64,000 nucleotides of DNA from Syntrophales bacterium (GCA_963662405.2 CAXXKT010000001.1:608001-672000), one strand, 5' to 3'; positions 10,251 to 21,084 are shown, numbered from the stretch's first letter. Made by a program: numbers and translations. The notes: a model not told the origin generated them from the sequence alone.

Positions 10251-11754
10251 GGGTCACCCGCAATACTTCCTGTATGGTTGTAATCCCCTCTCTGACTTTT
10301 CTCCATCCATCCTGACGCAGAACCGTCATCCCCCGTTCGATCGCCACGTCTTTGATCCGCTCCGTATTTGATCGGGCCATGATCTCCCGCCGGATATGTT
10401 CATCGACGGCAAGATATTCAAAGATAGCGGTCCTCCCCTTAAAACCGGTGCCACGACAGGATTCACACCCTCTTCCGGCATAGAAACGAGTATCCGCCGC
10501 CTGGTCACGACTGATCCCCATCGACCGCACAAGCCGTTCCTCCGGCTCAATAACCTCTTTACAATCGGGACAGATGACCCGCACCAGCCTTTGCGCCAGC
10601 ACGCCCAACAAGGTGGAGCTCAGGAGAAAGTGCTCCACCTTCATGTCGAGGAGCCTCGTGACGGCCCCCGCGGCATCATTTGTATGGAGGGTACTGAAGA
10701 GCAGGTGCCCGGTCAGGGCGGACTGTATGGCGATCTCAGCGGTCTCCCTGTCTCTGATCTCACCGACCAGGATGATATCCGGGTCTTGGCGGACGATGGA
10801 GCGTAGACCATTCGCGAAGGACATGCCGATCTTCGGATTGACCTGTATCTGATTGACGCCGCTGAGCTGATATTCGACCGGCTCTTCGAGGGTAATGATC
10901 TTTTTTTCGGGAGAATTGATCTTGGCGAGGGTCGTGTACAGAGTGGATGTCTTGCCGCTCCCCGTGGGTCCCGTTACCAGTATCATACCATACGGCTGCG
11001 CAACCAGTTCCCGATACTCGTCGAGGAGTTCCTTCGGAAAACCCACCTTCTCCAGATCCAGGATCAGGGACTCCCGGTCCAATATTCTCATGACGAGACT
11101 CTCTCCAAAGAGTGTGGGAAGTGTGGACACCCTGAAATCTATCTCTTTATCGGACACCTTCAGTTTGATCCTTCCGTCCTGGGGAAGACGTCTTTCCGCG
11201 ATGTCCAACTTCGCCATGATCTTCACACGCGAGATAATGGCTGCCTGCAGCCGGCCCGGCGGGGACTCGACCTCATGAAGCACACCGTCTATCCGGTATC
11301 GCACCTTGAACTCGTGCTCAAAGGGCTCGAAGTGGATGTCACTGGCCCGTGTTTCGACAGCATTCAGAATCAGCCGGTTGACCAGCCTGATGATCGGCGC
11401 TTCCGAAGCGAGGTCTCTTAGATGATCCGCATTTTCGACCCCTTCGGAGGAAACATCATAGATACCCTTACCCGCCTCCTCGATGATCGTCTCCAGAGAC
11501 TGACTTCCGGCACCGTACAACCGGTCAATGGCACCCAGGATATCATCCTCTTTTCCTTGGCTGACATCAATATGCAGTCCGCAGGCGAGTTTCAGGGCGT
11601 CGATGGCATAAAAATCCCTCGGATCAGCCATCGCCACCTTGAGCATCCCTTCCTCGATCTTGAGCGGGATACATTTCGATTGCTTCATAAATTTGACCGA
11701 GACATTGTCAACGGCAACCGGTTCTTTGGGATAATCCTGAAAACGTATCTGCAT
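10240..11754 (-). CDS. gspE: T2SS ATPase GspE
   Basis: ASDIHFEP, Walker A GPTGSGKT, RQDPDIILVGEIRD, STLHTN, CxxC...CxxC zinc site; start refined to MQIRF. Confidence 0.95.
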   Translation of the reverse strand: MQIRFQDYPKEPVAVDNVSVKFMKQSKCIPLKIEEGMLKVAMADPRDFYAIDALKLACGLHIDVSQGKEDDILGAIDRLYGAGSQSLETIIEEAGKGIYDVSSEGVENADHLRDLASEAPIIRLVNRLILNAVETRASDIHFEPFEHEFKVRYRIDGVLHEVESPPGRLQAAIISRVKIMAKLDIAERRLPQDGRIKLKVSDKEIDFRVSTLPTLFGESLVMRILDRESLILDLEKVGFPKELLDEYRELVAQPYGMILVTGPTGSGKTSTLYTTLAKINSPEKKIITLEEPVEYQLSGVNQIQVNPKIGMSFANGLRSIVRQDPDIILVGEIRDRETAEIAIQSALTGHLLFSTLHTNDAAGAVTRLLDMKVEHFLLSSTLLGVLAQRLVRVICPDCKEVIEPEERLVRSMGISRDQAADTRFYAGRGCESCRGTGFKGRTAIFEYLAVDEHIRREIMARSNTERIKDVAIERGMTVLRQDGWRKVREGITTIQEVLRVTLEK

Positions 11755-11823
11755 TGCCTTGCTTCTTTCTAAAAACGGGTGAAAACAACTTTGTAAAATA
11801 TAACCATCAAGATATGGAATACA

Positions 11824-11839
11824 AGCAAATACCATACCT
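11824..11839 (-). promoter_or_regulatory. Putative sigma54 (-24/-12) promoter of the gsp operon
   Basis: Minus strand AGGTATGGTATTTGCT = GG-N10-GC with TTGC, about 70 nt upstream of gspE. Confidence 0.45.
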
Positions 11840-11979
11840 GAAGGCATCGTCTTTATTTGTCACTCAGATATACGTTCCTGCACCGAACGGACTGAAAGGC
11901 ATCATGAGTTCGCCCGCGGGTTTTTGCTTCGTTCTTATCGGAAAAACAATGCAGCCCCTGCCGTGACCAAAGATTTTTC

Positions 11980-12999
11980 TCAATACCCATCAGGATTGAG
12001 GGATTGCCATCGCCACGCATCGGCACACATCTCCTCTATCCCCCTCTTCGCCGTCCACCCAAGCTCCCGCCGCGCCTTCGAGGCATCGGCATAACAGGCC
12101 GAGATATCGCCCGGACGACGTTCAACGATGGTGTAGGGCACGGCACGACCGGAAGCCTTCTCAAACTCTTCAACGATCTCAAGAACGCTGTACCCCTGTC
12201 CGGTACCGAGGTTGTAGATGACAAGGCCGGGATGCAATGCCAGTTTTTCCAGGGCCTTGAGATGTCCGTCGGCCAGGTCGACGACATGGACATAATCCCT
12301 GACACCGGTCCCATCCACCGTCGGATAATCATCGCCGAACACCGAAAGCTCACGGCGTTTACCGACCGCGACCTGGGTGATATACGGAAACAGATTATTG
12401 GGGATTCCATGAGGATCTTCACCGATCAGACCGCCGGGATGAGCTCCGACCGGATTGAAATACCGCAGGAGCGCGATGTCCCAAGGTTCCCCCGCAACGG
12501 GGGGTATATCTTGCAGGATCTTCTCAATCATGAGCTTCGAACGCCCGTAAGGGTTGGCGGGTGCGAGGGGGAATTCTTCAGTTATCGGAACGGTATGTGG
12601 ATCGCCGTAGACCGTCGCGGAAGAGCTGAAGACGATTTGCCGGACACCGTACCGTCCCATCGCCTCGCACAAATTGATCGTTCCCGTGATGTTGTTATGA
12701 TAGTAGCGAAGCGGAACGGTTACGGATTCTCCCACCGCCTTGAGCCCTGCAAAGTGAACGACGGCATCAATCGGGGTCCGTGTAAATACATCGTCCACGG
12801 CCTTCGCATCGAGGAGATCCACTCGGTGAAATTCCAGTTCTTTCCCCGCAATGCGCTGCACCCTTTCGAGCGAATCCTTCTTGCTGTTGACGAGGTTATC
12901 GATGACAACCACCTCGTATCCCGCCTCCAAAAGCGCCAGGCAGGTATGACTCCCGATATATCCGGCGCCGCCCGTTACCAGTATCCTTCTGTTACCCAT
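11980..12999 (-). CDS. galE: UDP-glucose 4-epimerase
   Basis: [31 protein letters not shown]. Confidence 0.97.
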   Translation of the reverse strand: MGNRRILVTGGAGYIGSHTCLALLEAGYEVVVIDNLVNSKKDSLERVQRIAGKELEFHRVDLLDAKAVDDVFTRTPIDAVVHFAGLKAVGESVTVPLRYYHNNITGTINLCEAMGRYGVRQIVFSSSATVYGDPHTVPITEEFPLAPANPYGRSKLMIEKILQDIPPVAGEPWDIALLRYFNPVGAHPGGLIGEDPHGIPNNLFPYITQVAVGKRRELSVFGDDYPTVDGTGVRDYVHVVDLADGHLKALEKLALHPGLVIYNLGTGQGYSVLEIVEEFEKASGRAVPYTIVERRPGDISACYADASKARRELGWTAKRGIEEMCADAWRWQSLNPDGY

Positions 13000-13170
13000 T
13001 CGAGAACCCTCCCGCGGCGGACAGTAGCATATTTGTGAGGCATAAGGCAATGGCACAAAAAGAAAGGAATTACCGCTACTCTTCTCGCGATCTGCCCGTT
13101 TCCGGTTGACACCGGGGCGATACTCACGTACATCTTTTTATCAGGAATATATCGCGAACAAGGAGAGACC

Positions 13171-13839
13171 ATGATGCATCGTTTTTTCTCACTCGGCATA
13201 GGAGCCGGGATACTCTGGGTACTACTCGTTTCTTCCTGCGCCCCCGTCAACCTGTACACCATCACCATGGAATACCTGTCACCGGAGTCATCCGTGCCGC
13301 CAATCGGAAAAATTCGGGGACCCATTACAGTGGCTGCATTCATCGACGCGCGGCATATCGATGACACGATGCGCCTTGGAACAGTGATACCCGCTGAAGG
13401 CAAGACCATACCGGTCCTTCCGAAATACCGCAGGGCCACCGAAACGGTTACCGACGGCATCAAAACCTGCCTTTCATCGCAGGGGTATACACTCTCCCCG
13501 AACAATCCCTCATGGGATCTTCGAAGAGATACCATTGATCAAGAATGGGGACACCTCCTGATAGGAGGCTCTATCGACCGGCTTGATGTCGTCTGCCGCT
13601 ACGACGGTATCAAAAAGATCTATCAGACGGATATCACCTTGACCCTTGTCTTTGCCGACATTCGGAATGCTCAAATATTGCTGAAGATGGAGACCACAGC
13701 GACAGCTTCGTTGACACACGTTCGTTTCTCAGAAGAGATGCTGGGGAAACAGATAAGCACGACCCTTTCAGATGCCATCAGGCGCGTATGTGGGGACGGG
13801 AGAACACTCCCGCAAATCCTCGATCGTATAGAGAACTGA
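13171..13839 (+). CDS. Lipoprotein of unknown function (YajG-like)
   Basis: Signal peptide with lipobox VSSC; RBS GGAG; FIDAR motif. Confidence 0.6.
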   Translation: MMHRFFSLGIGAGILWVLLVSSCAPVNLYTITMEYLSPESSVPPIGKIRGPITVAAFIDARHIDDTMRLGTVIPAEGKTIPVLPKYRRATETVTDGIKTCLSSQGYTLSPNNPSWDLRRDTIDQEWGHLLIGGSIDRLDVVCRYDGIKKIYQTDITLTLVFADIRNAQILLKMETTATASLTHVRFSEEMLGKQISTTLSDAIRRVCGDGRTLPQILDRIEN

Positions 13840-13897
13840 CAGGGGAGAGTGGTGTTCCCAAACAAATGCGGAGAAAGATGACCCTCCGAAAAAGGGC

Positions 13898-13925
13898 TTG
13901 ACTTGCCTTCAAAATACTATATAGT
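13898..13925 (+). promoter_or_regulatory. sigma70 promoter of the cold-shock gene (long 5' UTR)
   Basis: TTGACT-N16-TATAGT, about 185 nt upstream of the GTG start. Confidence 0.55.
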
Positions 13926-14110
13926 CGATCCTGTCAAGCGATTTGGGAGGTCAAAAAAGCGTTTTTACCTACAGATAGTTGGTGGAGCGCGGTAAAGTAA
14001 GGATTGGAATATTTTAAAGCACGAATCTAGACCATTGGATGTTCAGGCTTCTCGGTTCTTCATGCAGGCGATCCTACTTTAAAAAAACGAAAGAAAGGAG
14101 GGTTGCCCCA

Positions 14111-14311
14111 GTGTCTGAAGGTACCGTGAAGTGGTTTAACGCGAGCAAGGGTTTCGGCTTCATCGAGAACGATGAGGGTGGTGATGTCTTTGTGCATTAC
14201 AGTGCTATCGAGAGCGAAGGGTTCAAGACGTTGGAAGAAAATCAGCGTGTATCGTTCGATATCGAGCAAGGCGCCAAAGGTCCGGCGGCCGCTAACGTAA
14301 AGATTTTATAA
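14111..14311 (+). CDS. cspA: Cold-shock protein
   Basis: GTVKWFN, KGFGFI (RNP1), VFVHYS (RNP2); GTG start after AGGAGG. Confidence 0.97.
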   Translation: MSEGTVKWFNASKGFGFIENDEGGDVFVHYSAIESEGFKTLEENQRVSFDIEQGAKGPAAANVKIL

Positions 14312-14333
14312 CATGCATATCAATTGGGTCGCG

Positions 14334-14363
14334 CAAAGGCATCTCCCCGTTGAGATGCCTTTG
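14334..14363 (+). terminator. Hairpin after cspA
   Basis: CAAAGGCATCTC / GAGATGCCTTTG 12-bp stem. Confidence 0.7.
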
Positions 14364-14497
14364 TCATGTCCGGTCTTCCCGTACACAAGGCGATCATCAA
14401 ACCGCAGGGGCTCAGGTCGATCGCCCCGTTCTTCCTTCACCTTTTCCAGAGAGCCGGCATACCGATACAGAGTGGTAACGGCAGGAGGTCGGAGAGC

Positions 14498-15607
14498 ATG
14501 GCACGGGTCATGATCAGGGAGGCAACGTACGACTACGAGTTGTTGCGTCCTATCGTCTATCAATTCCTCGATGCGTTTTGCGGTGATGCCATCACCCCTT
14601 CCAGCCGTGTCGTTATAAAACCGAACCTCCTCCAGGCGGCAACGCCTGAAAGCGCTATCCTTACCCATCCCTGTATAGTCCGTGCCGTTGCGCAGTACGT
14701 CATTGAAAAGGGAGCCCGACCGCAGATATCGGACAGTCAGGCCATCGGGGCATTCAACACCATCCTGACCAGGAGCGGGATCAGGGCCGCCCTCAGTGGA
14801 CTCGATGTGGAGATCCGTGAATTCACACGCTCCGTCAAGATAGACATAGGCGCTCCTTTCGGTACGATCGAGCTCGCCGAAGATGCGGTCGAGGCCGATA
14901 TTCTGATCAACCTGGCCAAACTCAAGACCCACGGCCAGATGCTCCTGACCTGCGGTGTGAAAAACCTCTTCGGCTGCGTGGTGGGATTCAGAAAACCCGA
15001 ATGGCACATGCGGGCAGGGATCGATCGAGATCACTTCGCCCGCCTCCTCACGGCCATCTACCAAACCCTCAGACCGGTCATCACGATCGTGGACGGCATC
15101 CTGGCCCTCGAGGGGGACGGCCCCGGGAAGGGAGGGGTCCCGCGGCAGGTGGGACATCTTCTCGCGGGAAAGGATGCGACGGCGGTCGACCGCGTTATCT
15201 GCACTATGGTCGGGATAGACCCACAGGACCTGCCGACCGACAGGGCTGCACAGGCGATGGGAATCGGGGGGGAGATTATCGACATTGACGGAACAGTCCC
15301 CTTGATCAAAGGCTTTCGGCTGCCGAAACACACACCACTTGTGTACGGTCCCCGAAGGTTCCAGTCTACGGCCCGGCGCTGGCTCCTCCAGCGGCCCGTT
15401 GTTGATAAGGCACGGTGCGAGATGTGCGGCGCGTGCTGGAAATTCTGCCCCGTCGGCGCCATTCGGAGCACGGACGACACCATCCGCTTCGACTACGATC
15501 GATGCATCCGGTGTTACTGCTGCATGGAAATCTGCCCCCACGGGGCGCTCCATTCCACGGCTCCCCTCCCCGGGAGGTTCATGGAGCGGATTATCCACAG
15601 AAAATAA
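14498..15607 (+). CDS. DUF362 domain protein with C-terminal 2x[4Fe-4S] ferredoxin domain
   Basis: VIKPN, THP, KLKTH, GVKNLFG, EGDGP, D...VD; two CxxCxxCxxxCP motifs. Confidence 0.9.
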   Translation: MARVMIREATYDYELLRPIVYQFLDAFCGDAITPSSRVVIKPNLLQAATPESAILTHPCIVRAVAQYVIEKGARPQISDSQAIGAFNTILTRSGIRAALSGLDVEIREFTRSVKIDIGAPFGTIELAEDAVEADILINLAKLKTHGQMLLTCGVKNLFGCVVGFRKPEWHMRAGIDRDHFARLLTAIYQTLRPVITIVDGILALEGDGPGKGGVPRQVGHLLAGKDATAVDRVICTMVGIDPQDLPTDRAAQAMGIGGEIIDIDGTVPLIKGFRLPKHTPLVYGPRRFQSTARRWLLQRPVVDKARCEMCGACWKFCPVGAIRSTDDTIRFDYDRCIRCYCCMEICPHGALHSTAPLPGRFMERIIHRK

Positions 15608-15611
15608 TCGA

Positions 15612-16880
15612 TTATTTTAGTCTGAACAATCGTTTGATCGCCGCGACGTAGGGATCGGCATCGCCGCGACGGCTCTCCTTCTTGAGGCCGACCACCGGAT
15701 CGTGGAGGATTTTGTTGACGACTGAGTTGACAAGGATCGCGATATTCTCCCGTTCCCCTTCGTCCAGGCTCTTCATCCAAGAATTGGATTTTTCCATCTC
15801 TCCCTTGATAATCTCGTCGGCCTTCCCCTTGAGATCCACGATTGTCGGAACAACCTCAAGGGTGGCGTGCCATTCGAAGAATTTCACGACCTCTTCGTCA
15901 ATAATAGCCTGCGCTTTGTGCGCCTCCTGAAGGCGACTCCGGGTGTTCTGATCCACCACGTCCTGGAGGTCATCGACGTTGTATAGATATACGTTGTCAA
16001 TCTGCCCCGCCGTGGGATCGATGTCCCGCGGCACCGCCACATCGATGAGAAAGAGAAGCCGGTTCTTCCGTCTGCGCAGGGCCGATTCAATCATGCCGGC
16101 TGATATGATGCAGTCGGGAGACCCCGTGGAGCTAATCACGATATCGACGCCCCCCAGTTGTTCTCCCAACAGCTCGAACTCAACAGGAATCCCCTGGAAA
16201 TCCTGCGCCAGCCGGACGGCATTTTCATACGTGCGGTTGGTGAAGATCATCCGCCCAACACCATTCTCGACGAGGTGCCGGGCGGCAAGCTCCGCCATCT
16301 CGCCGGCGCCGACGAGGAGCGCCCGTTTCTCTCCAAGGGTCCCGAAGATCTTCTTGGCCAGCTCGACCGCGGCATAGCTGACGGAGACGGCGTTGTTCGC
16401 AATGGCGGTCTCGGTCCGCGCCCGTTTGGCCACCCGGAAGGCATGGTGGAGCAGCTTGTTCAGTATGACCCCGGATGCCTTGTGCTTGACACACAGGCGG
16501 TAGGCCTCTTTGACCTGCCCCAGGATCTGCGGCTCCCCCATGACCATTGAGTCGAGACTCGAGGCCACCCGAAAGAGATGGCGTACCGCTCCTGCGTCGT
16601 GGTGTATGTAGAGGCACCGTTCCATCTCCACGGGGGAGAGATTCCCATGCGCGGTGATGAACGATGTGAGCTTCTCCACCCCCATCTCCACGTCCGTGTC
16701 TTTCATGTTCGCCAGGACCTCGACGCGGTTGCAGGTGGAAAGATACAGCACCTCATCGACTTGCGGAATCTTCTTCAGTTCTTCGAAGGGTTTCCCTTCC
16801 TCCCCGCACGACAGCGACAGGCGCTCCCGGATGCTGAGGGGAGCGCTTTTGTGATTAATTCCCAGAAGGACGATACTCAT
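15612..16880 (-). CDS. hemA: Glutamyl-tRNA reductase
   Basis: STCNRVE, SLDSMVMGEPQILGQVK, GAGEM, DVAVPRD. Confidence 0.97.
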   Translation of the reverse strand: MSIVLLGINHKSAPLSIRERLSLSCGEEGKPFEELKKIPQVDEVLYLSTCNRVEVLANMKDTDVEMGVEKLTSFITAHGNLSPVEMERCLYIHHDAGAVRHLFRVASSLDSMVMGEPQILGQVKEAYRLCVKHKASGVILNKLLHHAFRVAKRARTETAIANNAVSVSYAAVELAKKIFGTLGEKRALLVGAGEMAELAARHLVENGVGRMIFTNRTYENAVRLAQDFQGIPVEFELLGEQLGGVDIVISSTGSPDCIISAGMIESALRRRKNRLLFLIDVAVPRDIDPTAGQIDNVYLYNVDDLQDVVDQNTRSRLQEAHKAQAIIDEEVVKFFEWHATLEVVPTIVDLKGKADEIIKGEMEKSNSWMKSLDEGERENIAILVNSVVNKILHDPVVGLKKESRRGDADPYVAAIKRLFRLK

Positions 16881-16901
16881 ATGATCCGCACATTACACCG
16901 C

Positions 16902-17717
16902 TCAGAACCGGTGCATCGTTACAAAAAAGACGTTCACGCCGACAAACGCAAAAAGAAGTCCGGTAAAGGCGACAATCGACATGAGGGCGGCCTTCCTTCC
17001 CTTCCACCCAATGGCGATCCTCTGGTGAACCACGACAGCATATAAAACCCACGAAACGGCTGTGAAGACCTGCTTCGGGTCCCAGTGCCAGCCGCTCCCC
17101 CAGACCGTCCGTGCCCAGATTGATCCCGCGATGATTCCGAAGGTCAGGAGGGGAAACCCCCACAGGGTACACAGGTGATTGATCCGGTCGAGATCTCCCA
17201 AGGGCGGGAGCAGTCGACTGAAGCCACGCACCTTCTTCTCCCGTATCAATCGATCCTGCAGCAGGTACATGATACCCGCCAAGCAAGCAAGGGAGAAGAG
17301 GGCGCCGCCGGTCAGGAGAAGCACGACATGAACGGGGACCAGGGGACCGCGCAGGGCGGACGGAAAGGGCTCCCCGTCGGTCATCCCTGCGGAGGCCGCT
17401 ACCACCATGACCACCACCGCGGGGGATACGAAGGCCCCCAGTACCTGTGTCTTTGTTCTCGCCTGGAAAACGAGATACGAACCGACAACGACCCAAGCAA
17501 TAAAGGAGAGGGAGGTATAGATATTCACCGACGGGATGGCGGTTTCCCCTTGCCACTGCAGGACGATATGGACCGTGTGCAGGGCGAATGCCAGGGTCAG
17601 CACCCCCATTGAGGCCTTTGCCACGCGTACTTTCCCGGCAAAGAGTGAGGAGATGTATCCCACTGTGCTCAGGAGGTACGCTCCGAGTGCAATCCTGAAA
17701 AAAAGCAGCTCCATCAT
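16902..17717 (-). CDS. ccsA: Cytochrome c biogenesis CcsA/HemX-family membrane protein
   Basis: Multiple TM helices, WGSGWHWDPK (WWD motif); typical position between cysG and hemA. Confidence 0.88.
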   Translation of the reverse strand: MMELLFFRIALGAYLLSTVGYISSLFAGKVRVAKASMGVLTLAFALHTVHIVLQWQGETAIPSVNIYTSLSFIAWVVVGSYLVFQARTKTQVLGAFVSPAVVVMVVAASAGMTDGEPFPSALRGPLVPVHVVLLLTGGALFSLACLAGIMYLLQDRLIREKKVRGFSRLLPPLGDLDRINHLCTLWGFPLLTFGIIAGSIWARTVWGSGWHWDPKQVFTAVSWVLYAVVVHQRIAIGWKGRKAALMSIVAFTGLLFAFVGVNVFFVTMHRF

Positions 17718-17776
17718 GCGAACCTTCTCACCCTGTTACCTAAGACAAATACCATGGATCGCCAACGGACCGGTGG

Positions 17777-18424
17777 TTAACATCCGATCTCGACCTCTTC
17801 GCCGGTCAGAGCCCTGATGATATCCCGTACCCGATCACCGTTCCCTTCCCTGATATGACGGAGAATATCGGAATCCAGAACAGACTCGAAGAGATCGCGA
17901 TTTTCGGCGGACGGAGCGCCCCGGGCAAGTATTTTTCCCCTGAGAGCCCCCATGATCTCAAGGAGGACGCCATATTCGGGACCATAGTTTTTCTCAATCT
18001 CTTCGCGCACCCGCCGCGCAAGCGCCGGGGATTTCCCCGCGGTCGACACGGCCACCAAAAGATCCCCCCGGCGGAAGACCGAGGGAACAATGAAGGTGCA
18101 CCGAGCGGGGTCATCCACGATATTTACCGGAATCATTCGGTCGCGTGCGTCTCGCGATACCCGCCCGTTGACGTCCTCCCGGTCGGTTGCCCCGATCACC
18201 AGGAATGCACCCTCCAGATATCCCTCCCGATAGTCATCGGCGATCCACTCGATTTCCGCCGTTTCCGTCATCGTGCGCAGCCCTGCCGTTAACACCTTCG
18301 TGACGAGAACCACCCGCGCACCGCAGGCACGGAGACCGGCCACTTTTCGCTCGGCAACCTCTCCGCCGCCTACGACGACGCACCGAGCACCGGCGATATC
18401 GAGACATATGGGATATACAATCAC
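17777..18424 (-). CDS. Precorrin-2 dehydrogenase / sirohydrochlorin ferrochelatase (CysG N-terminal / SirC type)
   Basis: YPICL...VVGGGEVAERK, VNIVDDP.RCTFIVP, STAGKSP; GTG start after GGAGGAGG. Confidence 0.92.
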   Translation of the reverse strand: MIVYPICLDIAGARCVVVGGGEVAERKVAGLRACGARVVLVTKVLTAGLRTMTETAEIEWIADDYREGYLEGAFLVIGATDREDVNGRVSRDARDRMIPVNIVDDPARCTFIVPSVFRRGDLLVAVSTAGKSPALARRVREEIEKNYGPEYGVLLEIMGALRGKILARGAPSAENRDLFESVLDSDILRHIREGNGDRVRDIIRALTGEEVEIGC

Positions 18425-18607
18425 CACTTCCCTCCTCCCAAAGTACCAAAAGGAAAAATGACTATCACGAAGCTCCTGAAAGTTCAAGGTGCTTGAAATA
18501 TCAACACAGGGGTGATAGCCTGCACGCGTATAGGGGGGGTGATCCGGTCGGGAGGACATTGCTTCGGGAGCCGATCCCGCTTTTCCACAGACCACAGGAG
18601 GCACAGT

Positions 18608-19537
18608 ATGTCCGAGACAAAAGAGAAATGGATCGAGATAACCGTCCTGACACCACCGGAGCTGGCCGAGGCGCTGTCGAATTTCCTCGAAGAGATGGGA
18701 ACGGGGGGCGTCTTTCAGGAAGCCGCCGTGGATGATCCCTTCAACAGCCCGAGGGTCCCCGCACAGGAGACGCTCAAATCGTACCTCCCCTGGAGCCGCT
18801 CGGTCAAGAAACAGACGGACCGCATCGTGGTCTACATCGACAGTCTCGCATCCCTCTTTCCCAAACTGAACAAACCCTGCCTCTCCACGAAGACCGTCGT
18901 CGATCCCGGCTGGGGAGAGCAGTGGAAGAAATATTTCAAACCCCTCAGGATGAGCGACAACATCGTGATCAAGCCGACGTGGGAGCGGTACACCCCGGCT
19001 GGGAGCGATATCGTTGTCGACATCGACCCCGGGATGGCCTTCGGCACGGGACAGCACCCCTCTACCCGGATGTGCATTGTGGCCATCGAAGAGATACTAC
19101 TCAGGGACAGCGCCCGCGAAGAGCGCTCCGTCCTGGACGTCGGCACGGGGACGGGTATCCTCGCCATCTGTGCCGCGAAATTCGGAGCGCGGACCGTGAC
19201 GGGGATCGACATTGACCCGAAGGCCGTCGAAATAGCGGGAAGAAATATCGTTATCAACGGCGTGGAAGACCGCGTCGAGATCAGCAATCGGGACGTCGCC
19301 CTCTGGAAGGGCGGCTTCGATCTGATCGTGGCCAACCTGATATCGGGGGTGCTGATCCAACTTCATGAGCACCTGACATCCCTGATGAACCCCGGGGGGC
19401 ACCTCATCGCGTCGGGGCTCACCGAGCACGACGCGAAAGACGTGGAGACGATATTCTGCAGCGGGGACGTAACCCTGCATGGAACTCAGATAGAGCGGGA
19501 GTGGGTCTGTTACACCTTTCAGAAGGCGGCCCGGTAG
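18608..19537 (+). CDS. prmA: Ribosomal protein L11 methyltransferase
   Basis: WKKYFKP, IDPGMAFGTGQHPST, DVGTGTGIL. Confidence 0.95.
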   Translation: MSETKEKWIEITVLTPPELAEALSNFLEEMGTGGVFQEAAVDDPFNSPRVPAQETLKSYLPWSRSVKKQTDRIVVYIDSLASLFPKLNKPCLSTKTVVDPGWGEQWKKYFKPLRMSDNIVIKPTWERYTPAGSDIVVDIDPGMAFGTGQHPSTRMCIVAIEEILLRDSAREERSVLDVGTGTGILAICAAKFGARTVTGIDIDPKAVEIAGRNIVINGVEDRVEISNRDVALWKGGFDLIVANLISGVLIQLHEHLTSLMNPGGHLIASGLTEHDAKDVETIFCSGDVTLHGTQIEREWVCYTFQKAAR

Positions 19538-19580
19538 CACACAAATCATATCCGGTCCGCCCGCCAACCGGAGAAAAACC

Positions 19581-20351
19581 ATGGCCATACCGAGAATCTA
19601 TCACCCTCAAACCCTCAACACGGGGACAATGACTCAACTGGGGGAGGATTATATCGTTTATCTGCGGGATGTCCTGCGACTCGGAGAAGAGGATGAGCTG
19701 ATCCTCTTCGACGGGGTGGGTCACGAATACCGCTCGGTCATCAGGAAGTTCACCCCCGGCGCCATCCGCGTGGAGGTAATCGCACAGGAGGAGATCACCC
19801 TCCCCGAAACGCGGATCACCCTCGCCCAATCGCTCCCCAAGGGGGATAAGATGAAGTTCATCATCCAGAAGACCACCGAACTGGGAGTCAGCCGAATCGT
19901 TCCCTTCATCTCCTCGCGCTCCGTCCCCCGGCTCACGGGGGACCGTGCAGCAGGGAAGGCGACCCGGTGGCGCAAGGTGGCTGTTGAAGCATCCCGACAG
20001 TGCGGCAGGGCCGATGTCCCCGAGGTGAGCGAGATCGTACCCTTCGACGAGATGCTCCGCTCGGCGGAGGGAGAAACGCTCCGGATCATCCTGTGGGAAG
20101 GGGAGGAAAAGCGGGGAGTCCGGGAGATACTGACCGATGAACGGTACGCGGAGACGGACGGATATTGCATCGTTATCGGCCCGGAGGGGGGGTTCTCCTG
20201 GGAGGAAATCGAACGGGCCCGCCGACACGGCTTCCTTTCCGCAAGTTTGGGGAGGCTGATCCTGCGGACCGAGACGGCCCCTCTCGCCGTCCTGTCCATC
20301 CTTCAGTACGAGAAGGGACTTTTCGGTACATCCAAGGAGAAAGCCCCATGA
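19581..20351 (+). CDS. rsmE: 16S rRNA m3U1498 methyltransferase
   Basis: VLRL, QKTTELGV, EASRQC, IGPEGG, ILRTETA. Confidence 0.95.
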   Translation: MAIPRIYHPQTLNTGTMTQLGEDYIVYLRDVLRLGEEDELILFDGVGHEYRSVIRKFTPGAIRVEVIAQEEITLPETRITLAQSLPKGDKMKFIIQKTTELGVSRIVPFISSRSVPRLTGDRAAGKATRWRKVAVEASRQCGRADVPEVSEIVPFDEMLRSAEGETLRIILWEGEEKRGVREILTDERYAETDGYCIVIGPEGGFSWEEIERARRHGFLSASLGRLILRTETAPLAVLSILQYEKGLFGTSKEKAP

Positions 20352-20932
20352 CATTCCATTACGGCGGGTTCTGGCGGCGGTGTGCGGCGATCTCGATTGA
20401 TTCGATCATCCTCGATCTGTTTGTCGTCATCCTGTACCTGATCGGGGATACCCTCATCCCCGTTGACGACGGTTTTACCCCCGGCATGGTTGTTCCCTAT
20501 TACGGGATGGCCATCCTCCTCAATGCGGTGTATTTCATCTACTTTCACGGCACGAGTGGTCAGACACCGGGGAAGCGCCTGTTCGGTCTCAGGGTCGTCC
20601 AGACGGACGGGACACCTCTGACCCCGGGGATCGCGTTTCTCCGCTGGGTGGGATACCTTATCTCCAAGATTCCCTTATTCCTCGGATTTGTGTGGGCCGC
20701 CTTCGACGCAAGGAAGCAGGGGTGGCACGACAAGATCGCAGGAACCTGTGTCATCAGGACAATCGAATACCGGCGGGACTCAGACCGCTTATTAGCCGAC
20801 GCGCACCGGGGGCCGGATCGGGACTCTCCCTCTGGGGGCGGCGGCTTTCCCCATGACGGCGGGGAATACGGCCTACCTGAAGAAGACGGATCGATGGTGA
20901 AAAGACTTGACAAAGGAATCGAGATTGGATAA
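20348..20932 (+). CDS. RDD family membrane protein
   Basis: GFWRR.AA..ID, GQTPGK, KQGWHDKIAGT. Confidence 0.9.
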   Translation: MTFHYGGFWRRCAAISIDSIILDLFVVILYLIGDTLIPVDDGFTPGMVVPYYGMAILLNAVYFIYFHGTSGQTPGKRLFGLRVVQTDGTPLTPGIAFLRWVGYLISKIPLFLGFVWAAFDARKQGWHDKIAGTCVIRTIEYRRDSDRLLADAHRGPDRDSPSGGGGFPHDGGEYGLPEEDGSMVKRLDKGIEIG

Positions 20933-20959
20933 AAGCCAGACGTTCTTCAGGAGATATGT

Positions 20960-21035
20960 GGGTCGGTAGCTCAGTCGGTAGAGCACGGGACTGAAAATCC
21001 CGGTGTCGGCAGTTCGATTCTGCCCTGACCCACCA
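20960..21035 (+). tRNA. tRNA-Phe (GAA)
   Basis: Acceptor GGGTCGG/CTGACCC, D-arm, anticodon arm CGGGA-CTGAAAA-TCCCG, TTCGA T-loop, encoded CCA; TTGACA-N17-TAAAAG upstream. Confidence 0.98.
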
Positions 21036-21042
21036 TTTCAAT

Positions 21043-21084
21043 AAAAAAAGAGGCCATCCGTTCTTCCGGGTGGCCTCTTTTCCT
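21043..21084 (+). terminator. Intrinsic terminator after tRNA-Phe
   Basis: AAAAGAGGCCATCCG-ttcttc-CGGGTGGCCTCTTTT. Confidence 0.85.

Noticed and set aside
12004..13038. Long antisense ORFs (also 14306-15598, 30940-32112, 44337-45629, 60368-61249)
   Set aside because: Shadow frames opposite well-supported GC-rich genes, with no recognisable motifs.
15591..15599. Perfect DnaA box TTATCCACA
   Set aside because: A single copy inside a coding sequence; compatible with chance.
17777..19057. 426-aa extended cysG-like ORF, and the 747-aa ORF 48366-50609
   Set aside because: The N-terminal extensions overlap prmA or the rhomboid gene; the real starts are near 18424 and 49131.
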